Source: Chiloscyllium plagiosum (lineage: Eukaryota). From it: a DNA stretch of 54,168 nucleotides. Position numbers and translations under genes: made by a program. Where the stretch lies: assembly GCF_004010195.1 (NCBI RefSeq), contig NC_057749.1, positions 9,105,575 through 9,159,742 of the forward strand. Reading direction: 5' to 3'. The notes below the pieces were generated by a model. It had not been told where the DNA came from, made no database searches, and worked only from the letters and a program-made list of their open reading frames with translations. This document shows positions 11,597 through 24,683 of the stretch, in pieces (positions within the stretch are counted from its first letter, which is position 1; every line of letters starts with the position of its first letter).

Positions 11597-13605
11597 TATA
11601 TTCAAGGCTGAGATGGATAAACTTTCAATGGACGAGCAATCGCGGCAGGTTCCTGTGCAGGTACAGCAAGTAATCAGAAGAGCTAATAGAACGTGATGTT
11701 TTATTCTGAGGGGGATTGAGTACAGGAGTAGGGAGCTGATGTTTCAGTTCCACAGAACATTGGTGCGACCACATTCACCGTGACTGGATGCGGGTTTAGT
11801 TGGCTGGACGGCTGGTTTGCGTAGCACAGTGACAGCAACAGCATTGGTTCAATTCCCACACTAGCTGTGGTCAACATGAAGGTCCTACTCTCACCATCGC
11901 CCCCTACCTGAGGCACGGTGGCCTTCAAGTTAAACTCGACAACAGTCATCTCTCTTTCATGTGAATCGTCCACTGGGACTATGGAAACTTTCTCTTAGCT
12001 TTTCACAGTACCGGTCACTGTACTTACAGAAAGACATTAATACATTGAAAGCAGTTCAGAGACAATTAGTCCCTGGAATGAGTGGATTGTCTTGTTAGCC
12101 AAGGCTAAACCTATATCCACTGGAATTTAGAAGATTCAGAGATGGCTTAATTGAAACATAGGCAGAAGTGGGTACTGAAGATGTTGGAGATTAGAGTCTA
12201 GATTAGTGTGTTGCTGGAAAAGCACAGCAGGTCAGGCAGCATCCGAGGAGCAGGAAAATCGACATTTCCTCATGTAGCAGAATCTAGAACGAGGGATTTA
12301 AAAACTAAATGTTGCCCATATAAGACAGAGATGAGGAAATGTGTTCTATCAGAGGGTTGAGTGTTTTTGGAATTCCCTTCCACAAAACGCAGTGGGCGCA
12401 GAACCCTTCAATAGTTTTAAACCAGAGATAGATAGATTCATGATAAAAGATTATCGGCAACATGCAAGACTGCAGCCATTGAGGTTAAAATCAGATCAGG
12501 CACGATCTTAACGAATGAGACAGCAGGCTCGAAGGGCTGAGTGGCCACTCTCATTCCTTGTTTGTAGATTAAAAGGGGAGGGCAAACAGGAAAGTGGACG
12601 GACAAACAGGTGAACCGAGGGGAGTAGGTCAATCAGACGCTCGGGCCTGCTCCACATTCAATAAAACTTGTAACCATCAGATCAACCAGGAGGGGCCAAA
12701 TGGCCTACTCCTGCTCCTGGACCTTGTGATCAGTCCATCAAGACAATTTGCAGAAAATGAATATCTAAGGGTTGAGAGGGAGTGATGAAGATAGGAGATG
12801 CTGTTGTTGACTTAATCACTAGAAATAACTGAACATTTCTCAATCCTTTTGGCTTGTTGCTTTCATTTATGCTATATTTTTTATTCCAGTTTTGGAATCA
12901 AGTGTGTAAGCAAGATGGCGGCAGTTACATCGGTGGAGACAAGATGGTGCCGAAGAGCAGTGACTTTGTTCCAGCGGCAGCGAAGGGGTCTCAGGCCTAG
13001 CCACCAGGCCCATGACAGAGCACTTAACAAGAACAACTTTAAAGCTGGATCCTTCTTTTATTTCTTCATTTTTCTGCCTTTATTTTCTAACTTTTGGTTT
13101 CTTTTCTGTGTTTTAAGATGGCTCTGGAGAGTATCGTGTCACAAGATACACATGACAACGAACAAATCAAACCAAAAGTAGTCTGGATCATCGTATTTTC
13201 AATATTCCCGATGTCATGAACGTCCAGAACTAGGGGTCACAGTCTCAGAATAAGGAGTAAGCCTTTCGGGACTGAGATGAGGAAGAATTTCTTCACGCAG
13301 AGAGTTGTGATCCTGGGGAATTCTTTCCCACAGGAAGCTGTTGGGACCAGTTTGTTCAATATACCCAAGAGGGAGCTGGATGTGGTCCTTGTTAAAGGGA
13401 TCAAGCGATTTGGGGAGAAAGCGGGAGTGGGATCATAAGATTGCATGATCATACAGAATGGTGGTACAGGCTTTAGGGACTGAATGGCCTACTCCTGTGC
13501 TTATTGTCCATGTTTCCATAAGAGGTACAGAAATGTTTCCCTCATAAGGTCTGTGCCAGTCCCTCTGACTGCCATCTCACTGAAACCACAACACCCATCC
13601 CTCAC

Positions 13606-13701
13606 CTGTCTCAGTCCCTGGATGATGGTATGCTGCTGTCGCTGAATGACCTTGGCATCTTTAAGCTCTTGCTGAAGTGACGATACTCGAGACTGCAGCT
13701 C
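13606..13701 (-). CDS. Coiled-coil gene exon: ELQSRVSSLQQELKDAKVIQRQQHTIIQGLRQ
   Basis: ttttgccacag|GAG acceptor, CAG|gtgagg donor, 96 nt, phase 0-0. Confidence 0.85.
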
Positions 13702-13984
13702 CTGTGGCAAAAGCGAGGAGGGACTGCAAGAGACAAAATCATGAGTCGCTTCTAGAAATATTACTTTGGTATACTGGCAATGCCCAAATTTTACAATCAA
13801 TAACACCTGATTTCCATAAACAAAGTGCTCATTAAAGGAGGAATTACAGTCTGTTCCATTCAGACAGAAACTAGGTTTTATCATCAAGTTACACAGGGCT
13901 AGAGAAAGATAAATTGCCCAACAGAATTCTAGCTATAGGTTTCAGAGTATTTTCAAATGGGGTATCACTTATGTCTGAGGGTGC

Positions 13985-14570
13985 AAGTGAGGAGTGCAGG
14001 GAATGTCAAAGTGTTATAGTGAGGGTGTGGGGTATATTTGAGTGTTACAGTGAGGGGTGTGGGGTATATCAGAATGTTAGTGAGGAGTGTGGGGTATATC
14101 TGAGTGTTGCAGTGAGGGATGCGGGGTATATCAGAATGTTACAGTGAGGAGTGTGGGGTATATCAAAGTGTTACAGTGAGGAGTATGGGGTATATTAGAG
14201 TGTTGCAGTGAGGGTGTGGGGTATATCTGGGTGTTACAGTGAGGGATGTGGGGTATATCTGAGTGTTGCAGTGAAGTATGCGGGGTATATCAGAGTGTTG
14301 CAGTGAGGGTGTGCGGTATATCTGAGTGTTACAGTGAAGGGTGTGGGGTATATCTGAGTGTTGCAGTGAGGGATGCAGGGTATATCAGAGCGTTGCAGTG
14401 AGGGGTGTGGGGTATATCTGAGTGTTACAGTGAGGGATGTGGGGTATATCAGAATGTTACCGTGAGTGGTGTGGGGGATATCAGAATGTTACTGTGAGGG
14501 GTGGGGAGTATATCAGACTATTGCTGTGAGGGATGGACAGTATATCAGAGTTTTGCAGTGAGGGGTGATG
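13985..14570. repeat. 32-bp minisatellite, about 18 copies (cagtgaggggtgtggggtatatctgagtgtta-like unit)
   Basis: Unit starts recur at 14110, 14142, 14174 and onward. Confidence 0.92.
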
Positions 14571-14674
14571 GAGTGTACTGTTCTGGGATTCCCTGTCTCA
14601 CTGTAACTCTCTCTGAGTGAGCTCTGAAATATCAATATCCTCTCACCAGGTTTGATCAGGGTCTTTTGACTTAC

Positions 14675-14723
14675 CTGTTTGTGATCTTTTGTTTGGAATG
14701 ATGATTGACCAGCTCCCCATTCT
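14675..14723 (-). CDS. Possible alternative exon: EWGAGQSSFQTKDHKQ (phase 2-0)
   Basis: gtttcgcag acceptor and CAG|gtaagt donor; fits the frame only if joined directly after a phase-2 exon such as 22006-22088. Confidence 0.4.
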
Positions 14724-15685
14724 CTGCGAAACATGATAAAATGTGGAGATCAGATTGTAAACACATAGCATTCAGCAGGTAACATACATTAGAAATGGAG
14801 GAGGCCATTCAGCCCTTCAAGAATGCTCTGACACTGAACGAGATTATGGCTAATCTGACATCTTACTCTACATATCCATCTTTGCTTTGTGTAACACACT
14901 TCCTTCATGTGAAGGAGTAAGTTTTATTTTCACTGAAAAATCTGACTCTAATAATTGACCCAGTCATGCTAGATTCCTCAGCTACCAGACATAGTTTCTC
15001 TCCATCTACCTCTCAGCTCCTTTTAATATCTCTGAAATGTTGATACCAGGGTAAGAGCCCCAGTTTAGCAGTGTGATTATTATAAATAGGAGTGGGAATA
15101 GGTCATTCAGCCCCTTGAGACTGTCTGCCAATCAGTTAGACAGTTGCTGTTCCGAGGTGCACTTACCCACAATTCCCTGCCTGTCTCCCTTAACCTTTGT
15201 CCCTTCCCATCCCACCGCCCTGTCCCCACCCCCACTCAGAAAGACTGTGTTGGACAATAACCCGGGTCCACTGCTTTCTGGGAAGGGTAAATCCACAGAG
15301 CAATAGCCCTGTTAAGGAAAAAGCTTGTGCCTATGTGTATCTTATTTCATCAAGAGCGAACATCCTCTCAGCATCTGGCCCATCCAGAGCTCCAGAGTCT
15401 TATGCATTTCCACAGGTTCACCTCCCATTCTTCGAAACAAAGCAACATTTATGGGAGTTTACAGAAATTGCTTTCATTAATAACGTGCATGAAAAGACAG
15501 TTAAATGTCAATAGATTGGAGAGGTTGCATAAAAGGAATTACAAGGTGATTTTCATAACTTGCTATTCTGACCCAGACAGTGAGCGTAGGTGTTTAAGCA
15601 GAGCTTTGTCACAACTCACAGTGACGTGACCCTTCAACTGAGCTTGGTTCTGAAACCAAGGTCAGTGTTCATCACTGTGGGAGTA

Positions 15686-16167
15686 ACACACCCACACACA
15701 CACACAGACAGACACAGAGACACACACAGACACACACACACCCACAGACAGACATACCCACAGACACAAACACACGCATACACACACCCTCACACACAGA
15801 TAGACACAGACACACCCTCACACACAGACAGACACAGACACACGCATACACACACACACACCCCCTCAGACACAAATACACACCCTCACAGACAGACACA
15901 GACACACACATAGATACACACAGACACACACTCACACACAGACAGACACAAATGCACACAGATATACACAAACACAATCTCACACACAGACATGCACAAA
16001 TGCACACAGACATACACACATCCACACACAGTCACACCTACATAAACACACACAGACACCCTCACAGACAGACACAAATGCACACATAGACACACCATCA
16101 CACACAGACAGACACACACAGACACCCTCACACACACATATTCTTGCAGAAACACCTACACACACAT
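15686..16167. repeat. Degenerate (CA)n/(CAGA)n microsatellite (similar tracts at 9515-9737, 28210-28452, 49772-49850, 52599-52935)
   Basis: Directly visible. Confidence 0.95.
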
Positions 16168-16176
16168 CAGGTGCAC

Positions 16177-16217
16177 CTTAGCACGAATCCACTGGCCTGG
16201 GACCATGCAGTTCTCAG
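16177..16217 (-). CDS. Tentative small exon: (A)ENCMVPGQWIRAK (phase 1-0)
   Basis: Strong acceptor ccttttttttctccag, weaker donor AAG|gtgcac; bridges the phase between 18082-18149 and 13606-13701. Confidence 0.45.
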
Positions 16218-16619
16218 CTGGAGAAAAAAAGGTTGGTGTGTGAACACCCCCCGCCCAGAATCCCATTGGCAAGGAAAAGGGGCAAATCAATTCAGGTTCC
16301 CACCACCAAGTCCTATTTGGCATTCTCTTCAGCAAGAGATGGTGAAAGAGGGAAGAAGTGAGACAGAGAGAGGAGAGAGAGATTGGGGTCATGTACCAGG
16401 AGTGGGGTTGAACTTGGAGGAAAGTAAAACAGATTGTTGCACACAATTTAAAGATATCTTCAGATACCAGAACAGAAACAGATCGGAATTCTAACAAGAA
16501 AGCTGAAGTGGACGCAGGGAACGTTTTATATACACACACACTCCACTATAATCTCCAGCATCTGCAGCTCTCACTTTCACCTCGATATGGGAACTAACTC
16601 AAGAGATAGCTGAGCCGAT

Positions 16620-16637
16620 GCTGCCACCCTGTGGCAA
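16620..16637 (-). promoter_or_regulatory. CTCF-like motif
   Basis: Minus strand TTGCCACAGGGTGGCAGC resembles the CTCF core; motif match only. Confidence 0.25.
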
Positions 16638-17719
16638 TGTCATACAATAGCAGCAGTTTAACAGCAGCAAGTTCCGAGGCTCAGGAATAGAGTTGATAAA
16701 GTGCAAAAAGGAAACACTGAATCATGACCAAACAAACACGAAGATGAGGGACAGGAAGTTGCGAAGAAACCTTATCTTATCCAGTAATTCATTCATTGAA
16801 ACAATGTCAATTCACTGAAAGGAATAATGGCTTCTTTCTATAAAGTATTTTTCATGCCATCAAGATGATCTGAAGTGTTTTACATTCAGTGAGCTCCATT
16901 TCTTTGAAGTATGGACACTGATGTGATGCAGCTGCCAATTTGCAAAGGACCAGCTCCCACAAACAGCAACATGGCAATAAGAAACACCCAGAATGCTGGA
17001 GAAACTCAGCAAGGCCTGGCCAAATCCGTGGAGTGAGAGTTAGCATTTTGAGTCTGGTAAAACTCCTTCAGGATTGGAGGAGAGATCAAAGAACAGTCTC
17101 TTCAGTTCCAAAGAACAGTCATTCTGGACTCAAAAGGTTAACTCGGTTTCTCTCTCTGCAGATGCTGCAAGACCTGCTGAACTTCTCCAGCATTCTTGGT
17201 GCTTGTTTCAGATCTGCAGAATTTAGCCTTTATTTACAGGTCATGGATCATCATTGTTGCTGTAACAATCTTCCAGATGGATTTTCCTTCATTACCCCTG
17301 ACTTAGAGTCATAAAGGTGTACAACACGGAAACAGGCCCTTCGGTCTGACTGGTCCATGCCGACCAGATATCCTGAATTAATGAGTCCCATTTGCCAGCA
17401 CTTGGCCCATATCCCTCTTCACCCTTCCAATTCATGTACCCATCCAGATACCTTTTAAATGTCTCTTCCGCGATTGCCTGTACTCCCAGCAGTGGCCACT
17501 ACTCAAACCTGCCACTGTTGGGATGACTCAACAGCAGGACCTCCACAGAAAGAGACAAAAGCAAAAAGGTCTTGCCCCTGAGCCAATGACCGCCTCTCTG
17601 AGCGTAAAATGACCATGGGTCAGCAAGCATTTTAGTAAGAGGACTCAATGCAGTCCTTTTGGCCAAGGTAGGGACCAGGAAACAGGGCACCCTGTTAAAT
17701 CCAACCCATTACCTGAGTA

Positions 17720-17880
17720 TTTATCACATTGCTGTTTGCGGGAGCTTGCTGTGCACAAAATGGCGGCTATGGCTCCTGTGCTACAACAGTGACTACATAT
17801 CAAATACAACTCACTGGCTGTAAAGTACCTTGGGGTGCCCCAAGGGAGTGAACTGTGCTATATAAATGCAAGTGTAATCT
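17720..17880 (+). mobile_element. Deu-domain (SacSINE1/AmnSINE1-like) SINE 3' part; relatives near 16820-16980, 22190-22350, 24120-24570, 30120-30340, 41560-41960, 52200-52480
   Basis: ttgctgtttgcgggagcttgctgtgcacaaaatggcggct...ggctgtaaagtaccttggg...gctatataaatgcaagt recurs in degenerate form. Confidence 0.6.
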
Positions 17881-18081
17881 TTCAGCCTGTTATGATTACT
17901 TATTTCTCAAGAGTGTTCTGATGAGAAATGTTTAAAAAGTGATCACCCCATCATCGGTGAAAGGACTTCCAGAGAAAACTAGAGGCAATGTGGATATTTT
18001 AAAAGGGCTAATATATTTATAGCAGTCCTTCAAATCCCCCCCCCCCTTAATTAACCTTAGAGGTAAAATTCAGACACTTAC

Positions 18082-18149
18082 CATCTGACCCTGAGGACAG
18101 CTGATCTTCAAATAGCATCCTGTCATCATCGTCATTGCAATGCTTATCG
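18082..18149 (-). CDS. Probable exon: DKHCNDDDDRMLFEDQLSSGSD (phase 2-1)
   Basis: cttgtcctgccag acceptor, ATG|gtaagt donor; phase matches 22006-22088. Confidence 0.6.
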
Positions 18150-18386
18150 CTGGCAGGACAAGAGAACAAGCAGTGTCGGTGTGAATATGTATGAGATAAC
18201 TGGATGCAGAAACAGCGTAACAGAGAAAGAGGGAGACACTAAATCACTGGCAAATGTAAAGAAAAAAAGAAACAGAGGGAAGGGCAAACAAGAGAGAGGG
18301 AGGTGAGATTCGTGGTGGAAAAGAGAGAGAGGGAGAGACAGGAGTAGTAGGACAAACGAGGCATAGGGTGGACAGGTAAGACCACA

Positions 18387-19100
18387 AGACATAGGAGTAG
18401 AGCTAGGCCATTTGGCCCATCGAGTCTGCTCTGCCATTGATCATGGCTGATATGCTTCTCAACCCCATTCTCCCGCCTTCTCCCCATAACTGTTCATCCC
18501 CTTTCTCATCAAGAATCTAAATTGAAAATGCTGGAAAAGCTCAGCAGGTCTGGCAGCATCTGTGGAGAGAAATCACTGTTAATGTTTCCATTCCGAGGAA
18601 GGGACACTCGACCCAAAACGCTAACTCTGATTTCTCTCAGTTGATGCTGCCAGACCTGCTGAGCTTTTCCAGCATTTTCTATTTTTGTTTCTTATTAACA
18701 GCATCCGCGGTTCTTTTGGTTTTCAATCAAGAACCTATCTATCTCTAACTTTAATGCACTCAGTGACTGGGCCTCCACAGCCCTCTGGGGCAATGAGTCT
18801 GACAGAGTCACCACCCTCAGGCTGAAGAAATTCCTCCTCATCTCAGTCTAAAGGGCCCTCCCTTCACTCTGAGGGCATGTCCTTGAGTCTTAGTCTCTTC
18901 GGCTGATGGAAGCATCTTCACATCGATCCTATCCAGACCTCTGATCCCCCCCTCATCCTTCTAAACTCCACTGTGTACAGCGTCCTCACCCACTCCTCAT
19001 ATGACAAGCCCTTCATCCCCAGGATCACTCCTGTAAACCTTCTCTGGACCCCCTCCAAAGTCAGCATATCCTTCTTTAGATAACTGCTCGCGATATCCCA
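18387..19100 (-). mobile_element. CR1-clade LINE 3' fragment, interrupted by a fold-back PLE-tail element (18520-18725, about 12-bp TSD atcaagaa[t/c]cta)
   Basis: Minus translation KKDMLTLEGVQRRFT..ILGMKGLSYEE; typical CR1 tail. Confidence 0.8.
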
Positions 19101-19789
19101 AATAAAAAGAGGGAGATAAAATAAAAATGAAAAGGAAGAAAGAGGGACTGCAATAAACACAATTCTGATGAAGACGACATATCGGACTGGAAATGATCAT
19201 TCTCCACAGATGCTGCTAGACCTGCTGAGATTCTCTAGCATTCTCTCTTCATTTCCCATTTTTAGCGCCCACGGTACTTGGTTTTTATTTAAAGAGAGAC
19301 CACATTTGGTTTGTGATGGTTACCCTTTAATGCCTTGAAGTCCAATTCTTCAAATATTGGCCACAGGTAACATGCGAAAGGCTGTCAAAGTGATGGTTCC
19401 TGCTGCTCCACTAAAGCCCTGGTGTTCAGGTGACAGACAGCGGAAGGCCACTCACAATCGTTTCAAAACACAAGGGTTGGAAAATGATAAAGGATGACTG
19501 ACATGAAACCTTAACCCGGTCTCTCTCTCTCTCCAAAGACATTAGCTGCGTATTCCCAACATTTTTAGTTTTCCTTCTAGAAAAACACTTGACAATCCAG
19601 TATGGTCACAGACTCACCGAGCGGTGAATGTTGGTGAAGATATTGTTGATAAGGACATAATAAATCTACCAGTTCAACAGTTGGATATCAAAAACTCACC
19701 AGATACATTCTAACATTCAAAACAAAATAGAGTAACTATTCATTCACAGGGTGTTCATTGGAAAGATGGGCAGTTATTGCTAGTTATGT

Positions 19790-20560
19790 CAAGAACAGGA
19801 AGGCAGATTACTATCTAATTGGAGTCAGGTTAGGTAAAGGGGAAATACAATGAGATCTAGGTGTTCTTGTACATCAGTCAATGAAAACAAGCATGCACGT
19901 ACAGCAGACAGTGAAGAAAGCTAATGGCATGCTGGCCTTCATAACAAGAGGAATTGAGTATAGGAGCAAAGAGGTCCTTCTGCAGCTGTACAGGGCCCTG
20001 GTGAGATGGTACCTGGAGTATTGTGTGCAATTTTGGTCTCCAAATTTGAGGAAGGACATTCTGGCTATTGAGGGAGTGCAGCGTAGATTCATGAGGTCAA
20101 TTCCCGAAATGGCGGGACTATCATATGTTGAAAGATTGGAGCGACTGGGCTTGTATACCCTTGAGTTTAGAAGGACGAGAGGGGATCTGATTGAGACGTA
20201 TAAGATTACTAAAGGATTGGACACGCTGGAGGCAGGAAGCATGTTTCCGCTAATGGATCCCGAACCAGAGGACACAGTTTAAAAATGAGGGGTAGGCCAC
20301 TTAGAACAGAGTTGAGGAGAAACTTCTTCACCCAGAGAGTGGTGGGTGTACGGAATGCTCTGCCCCAGAAGGCTGTGGAGGCCAAGTGTCTGGATACTTT
20401 CAAGAAAGAGTTGGATAGAGCTCTTAAAGATAGTGAAATCAAGGGTTATGGGGATAAGGCAGGAACAGGATACTGATTGAGGATGATCAGCCATAATCAT
20501 AATGAATGGTGGTGTTGGCTCGAAGGGCAGAATGGCCTACTCCTGCACCTATTGTCTATT
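19790..20560 (+). mobile_element. CR1-clade (HER1-like) LINE 3' fragment
   Basis: ORF2 C-terminus KKANGMLAFITRGIEYRSKEVLLQLYRALVR.YLEYCVQFWSP...RRTRGDLIETYKI, then RRNFFTQRVV after a break, and a 3' UTR. Confidence 0.92.
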
Positions 20561-21007
20561 GTCTACCTCTAATTGCTTTTGAACTGAGCAGCTCGCTTGA
20601 CCTATTTGGGTTTCCCTGCTATAGGAAGGATTTTGTGAAACTTGAAAGGGTTCAGAAAAGATTTACAAGGATATTGCTAGAGCTAGAGACTTTGAGCTAT
20701 TGGGAGAGGCTGGATAGGCTGGGGACGTTCCCACTGGGATCCATCCATCAGGGTTGAACCAGAAAAGGTGTCGCCCATCCAGCCCTTAGACCATGTTTCA
20801 CCATTTAACCTAGTCTGTCATCCAACTCCCCACAGCTCATTCGCCACCCAGGCATTCCTCAATATATTTTATTCATAAAGTTCTATCAATCTCATATGTC
20901 AAAATAGCAACTGATCAATTGAAATATGATTGGAAGGAGAGACACGTTGCTAAGGTTTTTCGACTTGTTTTCATCAGGATAAATGCAAGAATGCCGCATT
21001 TCAAACG

Positions 21008-21530
21008 ATTCTGGTCTCCCTGCGATAGGAAAGATGCTGTTAAACCTGAAAGGGTGCAGAAACGATTTACAAGGATGTTGCCAGGGTTGGACGGTTTGAG
21101 CTACAGGGAGAGGCTGAATGGGCTGGGGCTGTTTTCCCTGGAGCATCAGAGGATGAGGGCTGACCGTATAGAGGTTTATAAAATCATGAGGGGCATGGAT
21201 AGGGTAAATAGACCAGGTCTTATCCCTGAGGTGGGGTAATCCAAAACTAGAGGGCGTACTTCTAAGGTGAGAAGGGAAAGATATAAAATGGACCTAATGG
21301 GCATTTTTTTTTCCACACAGAGGGTGGTATGTGTATGGAATGAGCTGCCAGATGAAGTGGTGGAGGCTGGTACAATTACAGCACTTTAAAAGGCATCAGG
21401 ATGGGTGTATGAATAGGAAGGGTTTAGAGGGATATGGGTCAACTGTGGTAAATGGGACTAGATTAATTTAGGATATCTGGTCAGCATGCATGAGTTGGGC
21501 TGAAGAGTTTGTTTCCATGCTGTATGTACT
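21008..21530 (+). mobile_element. CR1-clade LINE 3' fragment (part of a local duplication with 24862-25620)
   Basis: FWSPCDRKDAVKPERVQKRFTRMLPGLDGLSYRERL. Confidence 0.88.
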
Positions 21531-22005
21531 TCAGAGTCAATCCCACTGCTTTAAATCTGGGGTCACATGGAGGTCAGACTAGGTAAGGACCACAGATTTC
21601 TTTCCCTCAAGGGCATTAGTGAATCCAGTGGGTTTTTACAATAGTTAGCAAATGGTTACATGGTCATCATTAGTTTTCATTCCAGATTTTTAACTGAATT
21701 CATCCTTCTTTGATGACAGGATTCAAACCCTGAACATTCCTAAGGTCCCTAGGAGTAGTCAGTCAGGAACAAGGCACTATTGCATTGCCTCCCGTGTGGA
21801 AATAAAAACAGAAATTGCTGGAGAAACTCAGTTGGTCTGGAGAGAGAGAGACAGTTAACATTACAAGTCCAGCACTCATTGCTGATTTCCAGCATCCATG
21901 TAATATAGCTTTTACAGAATAATATTGGAGGGGATTTAGAGCTGTTAACACACAATATTGGAACAGATGAATGAGAACTGATGGGTTTTTTGGAGCTGAA
22001 CATAC

Positions 22006-22088
22006 CAATTGCAGTCTGGATCCAGGTCAGCAGAATTTCCTTCAGTCAGGGCAATTTGGTTCCGATAAAACATTTGCATTCCTGTAGC
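22006..22088 (-). CDS. Probable exon: ATGMQMFYRNQIALTEGNSADLDPDCN (phase 0-2)
   Basis: tttcctcccag acceptor, TG|gtatgt donor, open in the expected phase. Confidence 0.6.
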
Positions 22089-22354
22089 CTGGGAGGAAAT
22101 TCAAAGGGCAGTTAGAGAGGACTGCACCCATTCGTTTGTCAAAGAGATTATTCCAAATGCTAACAAGTCATCAGTTTTGCAGTTAACACGGCTTGCATTT
22201 ATATAGTGCCTTTATCAGCCTCAGCGCATCCCAAAGCAGTTTGCAACCAGTGGGGTAGTTTCCAAAGTGAGGTCACTGTTGACTGGTAAGAAACACCGCA
22301 GCCAATTTGTGCACAGTAAGATTCCACAAACACCATCGCAATTATGATCAGAAA

Positions 22355-23055
22355 ACTGACCATACCAGTGGCCAGAAACTGAACTGGACTCATTATATAA
22401 AAACAGTGGCTACAAGAGCAGGACAGAGGCTGGGAATCCTGCAGTTAGTAATTCACCTCCTGACTCCCCCAAAGCCTGTCCAGCATCTCGAAGGCAGAAG
22501 TCAGGGGTATGATGGAATACTCCCCACTTGTCTGGAAAAGTGCAACAACGTGCAAGAAGCTTGACACCATCCAGGACAAAGTAGCCCGCTTGATTGGAAC
22601 CACATCCTCAAATATTCAGTGACTCCACTGCCAGTGCTCAGTAGCAACAGTGTGTGCTATCTGCAAGATGCAATGTACAAATTTGTCAAAAATCCTTAGA
22701 CCTTCAAAACCACAACTACTTCCATGAGGGAGAGATTTTCAGGATTTTGACCCAGTGACATTTTCAGCTCAGGGTGGTGTGTGGTTTGGAGGGGAATTTG
22801 CAAGGGCAGCAGATACATGGAACACCACCTCCTGCAAATTCCCCTCCAAACCACACACCACCCTGAGCTGAAAATGTCACTGGGTCAAAATCCTGAAAAT
22901 CTCTCCCTCATGACATTATGGGTTTACCTTTGGCATATGGACTGCCGCGATTCAAGATGGCAGCTCACCCCCACCTTCTCAAGGGGCAGCTAGGGATGGG
23001 CAATAAATGCTGGCCTAGCCAGTGACACCCACATCCCACAAATGAATAAAAAACA
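22355..23055 (+). mobile_element. L2/CR1-group LINE 3' fragment; an inverted relative lies at about 28860-29465
   Basis: KLNWTHYIKTVATRAGQRLGIL; KLDTIQDKA-like motif; tail tagggatgggcaataaatgctggcc...gaataaaaa. Confidence 0.7.
22723..22912. repeat. Perfect 80-bp inverted repeat with a 30-nt spacer
   Basis: 22723-22802 is the exact reverse complement of 22833-22912. Confidence 0.95.
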
Positions 23056-23189
23056 TAATCTACTGCAATGATGTTGATTTAAGGATCAAATATTGGTTCA
23101 TAATATTGCAAGCTCAAAGTGAGAGTCCTACCAACTGAGCAACAATCTAAAGGTATATCAGGAACAAAAGAATGACTAGAGTAAGATTA

Positions 23190-24015
23190 AAGCCAATCAA
23201 GGATAGTAGTGTGAAAATGAATATTTTTCATCAGTATTCACACAGGAAAAAGGCAATGTTGTTAAGGAGAACACTTTAGAAGGAGTAACAGGAATAAAGA
23301 CGACTGGTAAGTTTCTTGGTAGTGTGGATGAGCAGAGAGATCTCAGTGTCCATGTACATAGACCCCTGAAAGTTGCCATCCACGCTGATAGGGCTGTTAA
23401 GAAGGCATATGGTGTGTTAGCTTTATTAGTAGAGGGATTGAGTATCGGAGCCAAGAGGTCATGTTGCAGCTGTACAAAACTCTGGTGCGGTCGCACTTGG
23501 AGTATTGCGTACAGTTCTGGTCACTGCATTATAGGAAGGATGTGGAAGCTTTGGAAAGGGTTCAGAGGAAATTTACCAGGATGTTGCCTGGTATGGAGGG
23601 AAGGTTTTATGAGGAAAGGCTGGGGGACTTGAGGTTTTCATTAGAGAGAGGAAAGTTGAGAGGTGACTTAATTGAGACACATAAAATAATCAGAGGGTTG
23701 GATAGGGTAGATAGTGAGAGCCTTTTTCCTTGGATGGTGATGGTGAGGAGACATAGCTTTAAATTGAGGGGTGATAGATACAGGACAGATGTCAGAGGTA
23801 GGAAGGATGTGGATATGGAATGTGGATGTGGAATGCCCTGCCACAACAGTTGTAGACTCGTCAAATTTCAGAGCATTTAGATGGTCATTGGATAAACATA
23901 TGGACGAAAATGGAATAGTGTAGGTTAGATGGACTTCAAATTGGTTTCACCGGTCGGTGCAATATTGAGGGCAGAAGGGCCAGTACTGCGCTGTAATGTT
24001 CTACGTTCTATGTAA
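23190..24015 (+). mobile_element. CR1-clade LINE fragment
   Basis: MLQLYKTLVRSHLEYCVQFWSLHYRKDVEALERVQRKFTRMLPG. Confidence 0.9.
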
Positions 24016-24683
24016 CAGTTAACACCATGCAATAATATTACTGCACCTTACACATTATCTGAAGAGCACTTTAAACTGTACTACAAAACAAGATTTTAAC
24101 ATCCTTGGTCTGGTATCTGTGTTGTCCCAGGGTGTGGTGTATTGTATTAGTCATGACGCCTGTGCCCCCACCTCAGAGTTTGGAGGCTGTGGATTCAGGC
24201 ATCACTGTCAAGACTCGAGCATTAAATCTTTTGTATAGCACCTTCAGAATCACTAATCCTGCTTTTCTGCATTTTCAACGGTAAATGGACAATATTTATC
24301 CCCCAGCCAACATCCCAAACAACTGAAACTACAAGGTTTAGGAGCAGATTTGGTCCGTCCAGGCTTCTCTACCGTTCAATGAGATCTGACAATCCTTGAC
24401 TCTACTTTCCCGCATTTTCTCTTACTAATTATCACATGGCTGCCTGTGGGAACTTGTAAATTGGCTGTAGGGGTTTCCCATGTTACAACTCTTCTTTGGC
24501 TGAAAAAACATTCCAGGATATATAGTAGGCATGAAAAAGCATTATGTAATTGCCAGTCTTTCTGTCTTTTGGTTTAACTTCTTACAAGAACATAATTAAC
24601 GAAAATTAAAGTTAGAGTTGCTGTCTCAGCATTTCCCGGGGTACAGACTCCCAAGAGTTCTCAGCGGCAGAGCGGGTACGTAC

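Noticed and set aside
12911..12922. YY1-like motif CAAGATGGCGGC as a promoter
   Set aside because: It sits in repeat-like intronic sequence with no CpG island or other support.
13985..14570. CRISPR-like array
   Set aside because: Contiguous tandem units with no unique spacers, eukaryotic context and no cas genes.
19618..19665. 48-nt exon candidate with a gtgagt donor
   Set aside because: Weak acceptor, and it creates TGA when joined to the upstream phase-2 exon.
19881..20282. Intact or domesticated reverse transcriptase gene
   Set aside because: Only the CR1 ORF2 C-terminus, 5'-truncated and broken by a deletion and frameshift.
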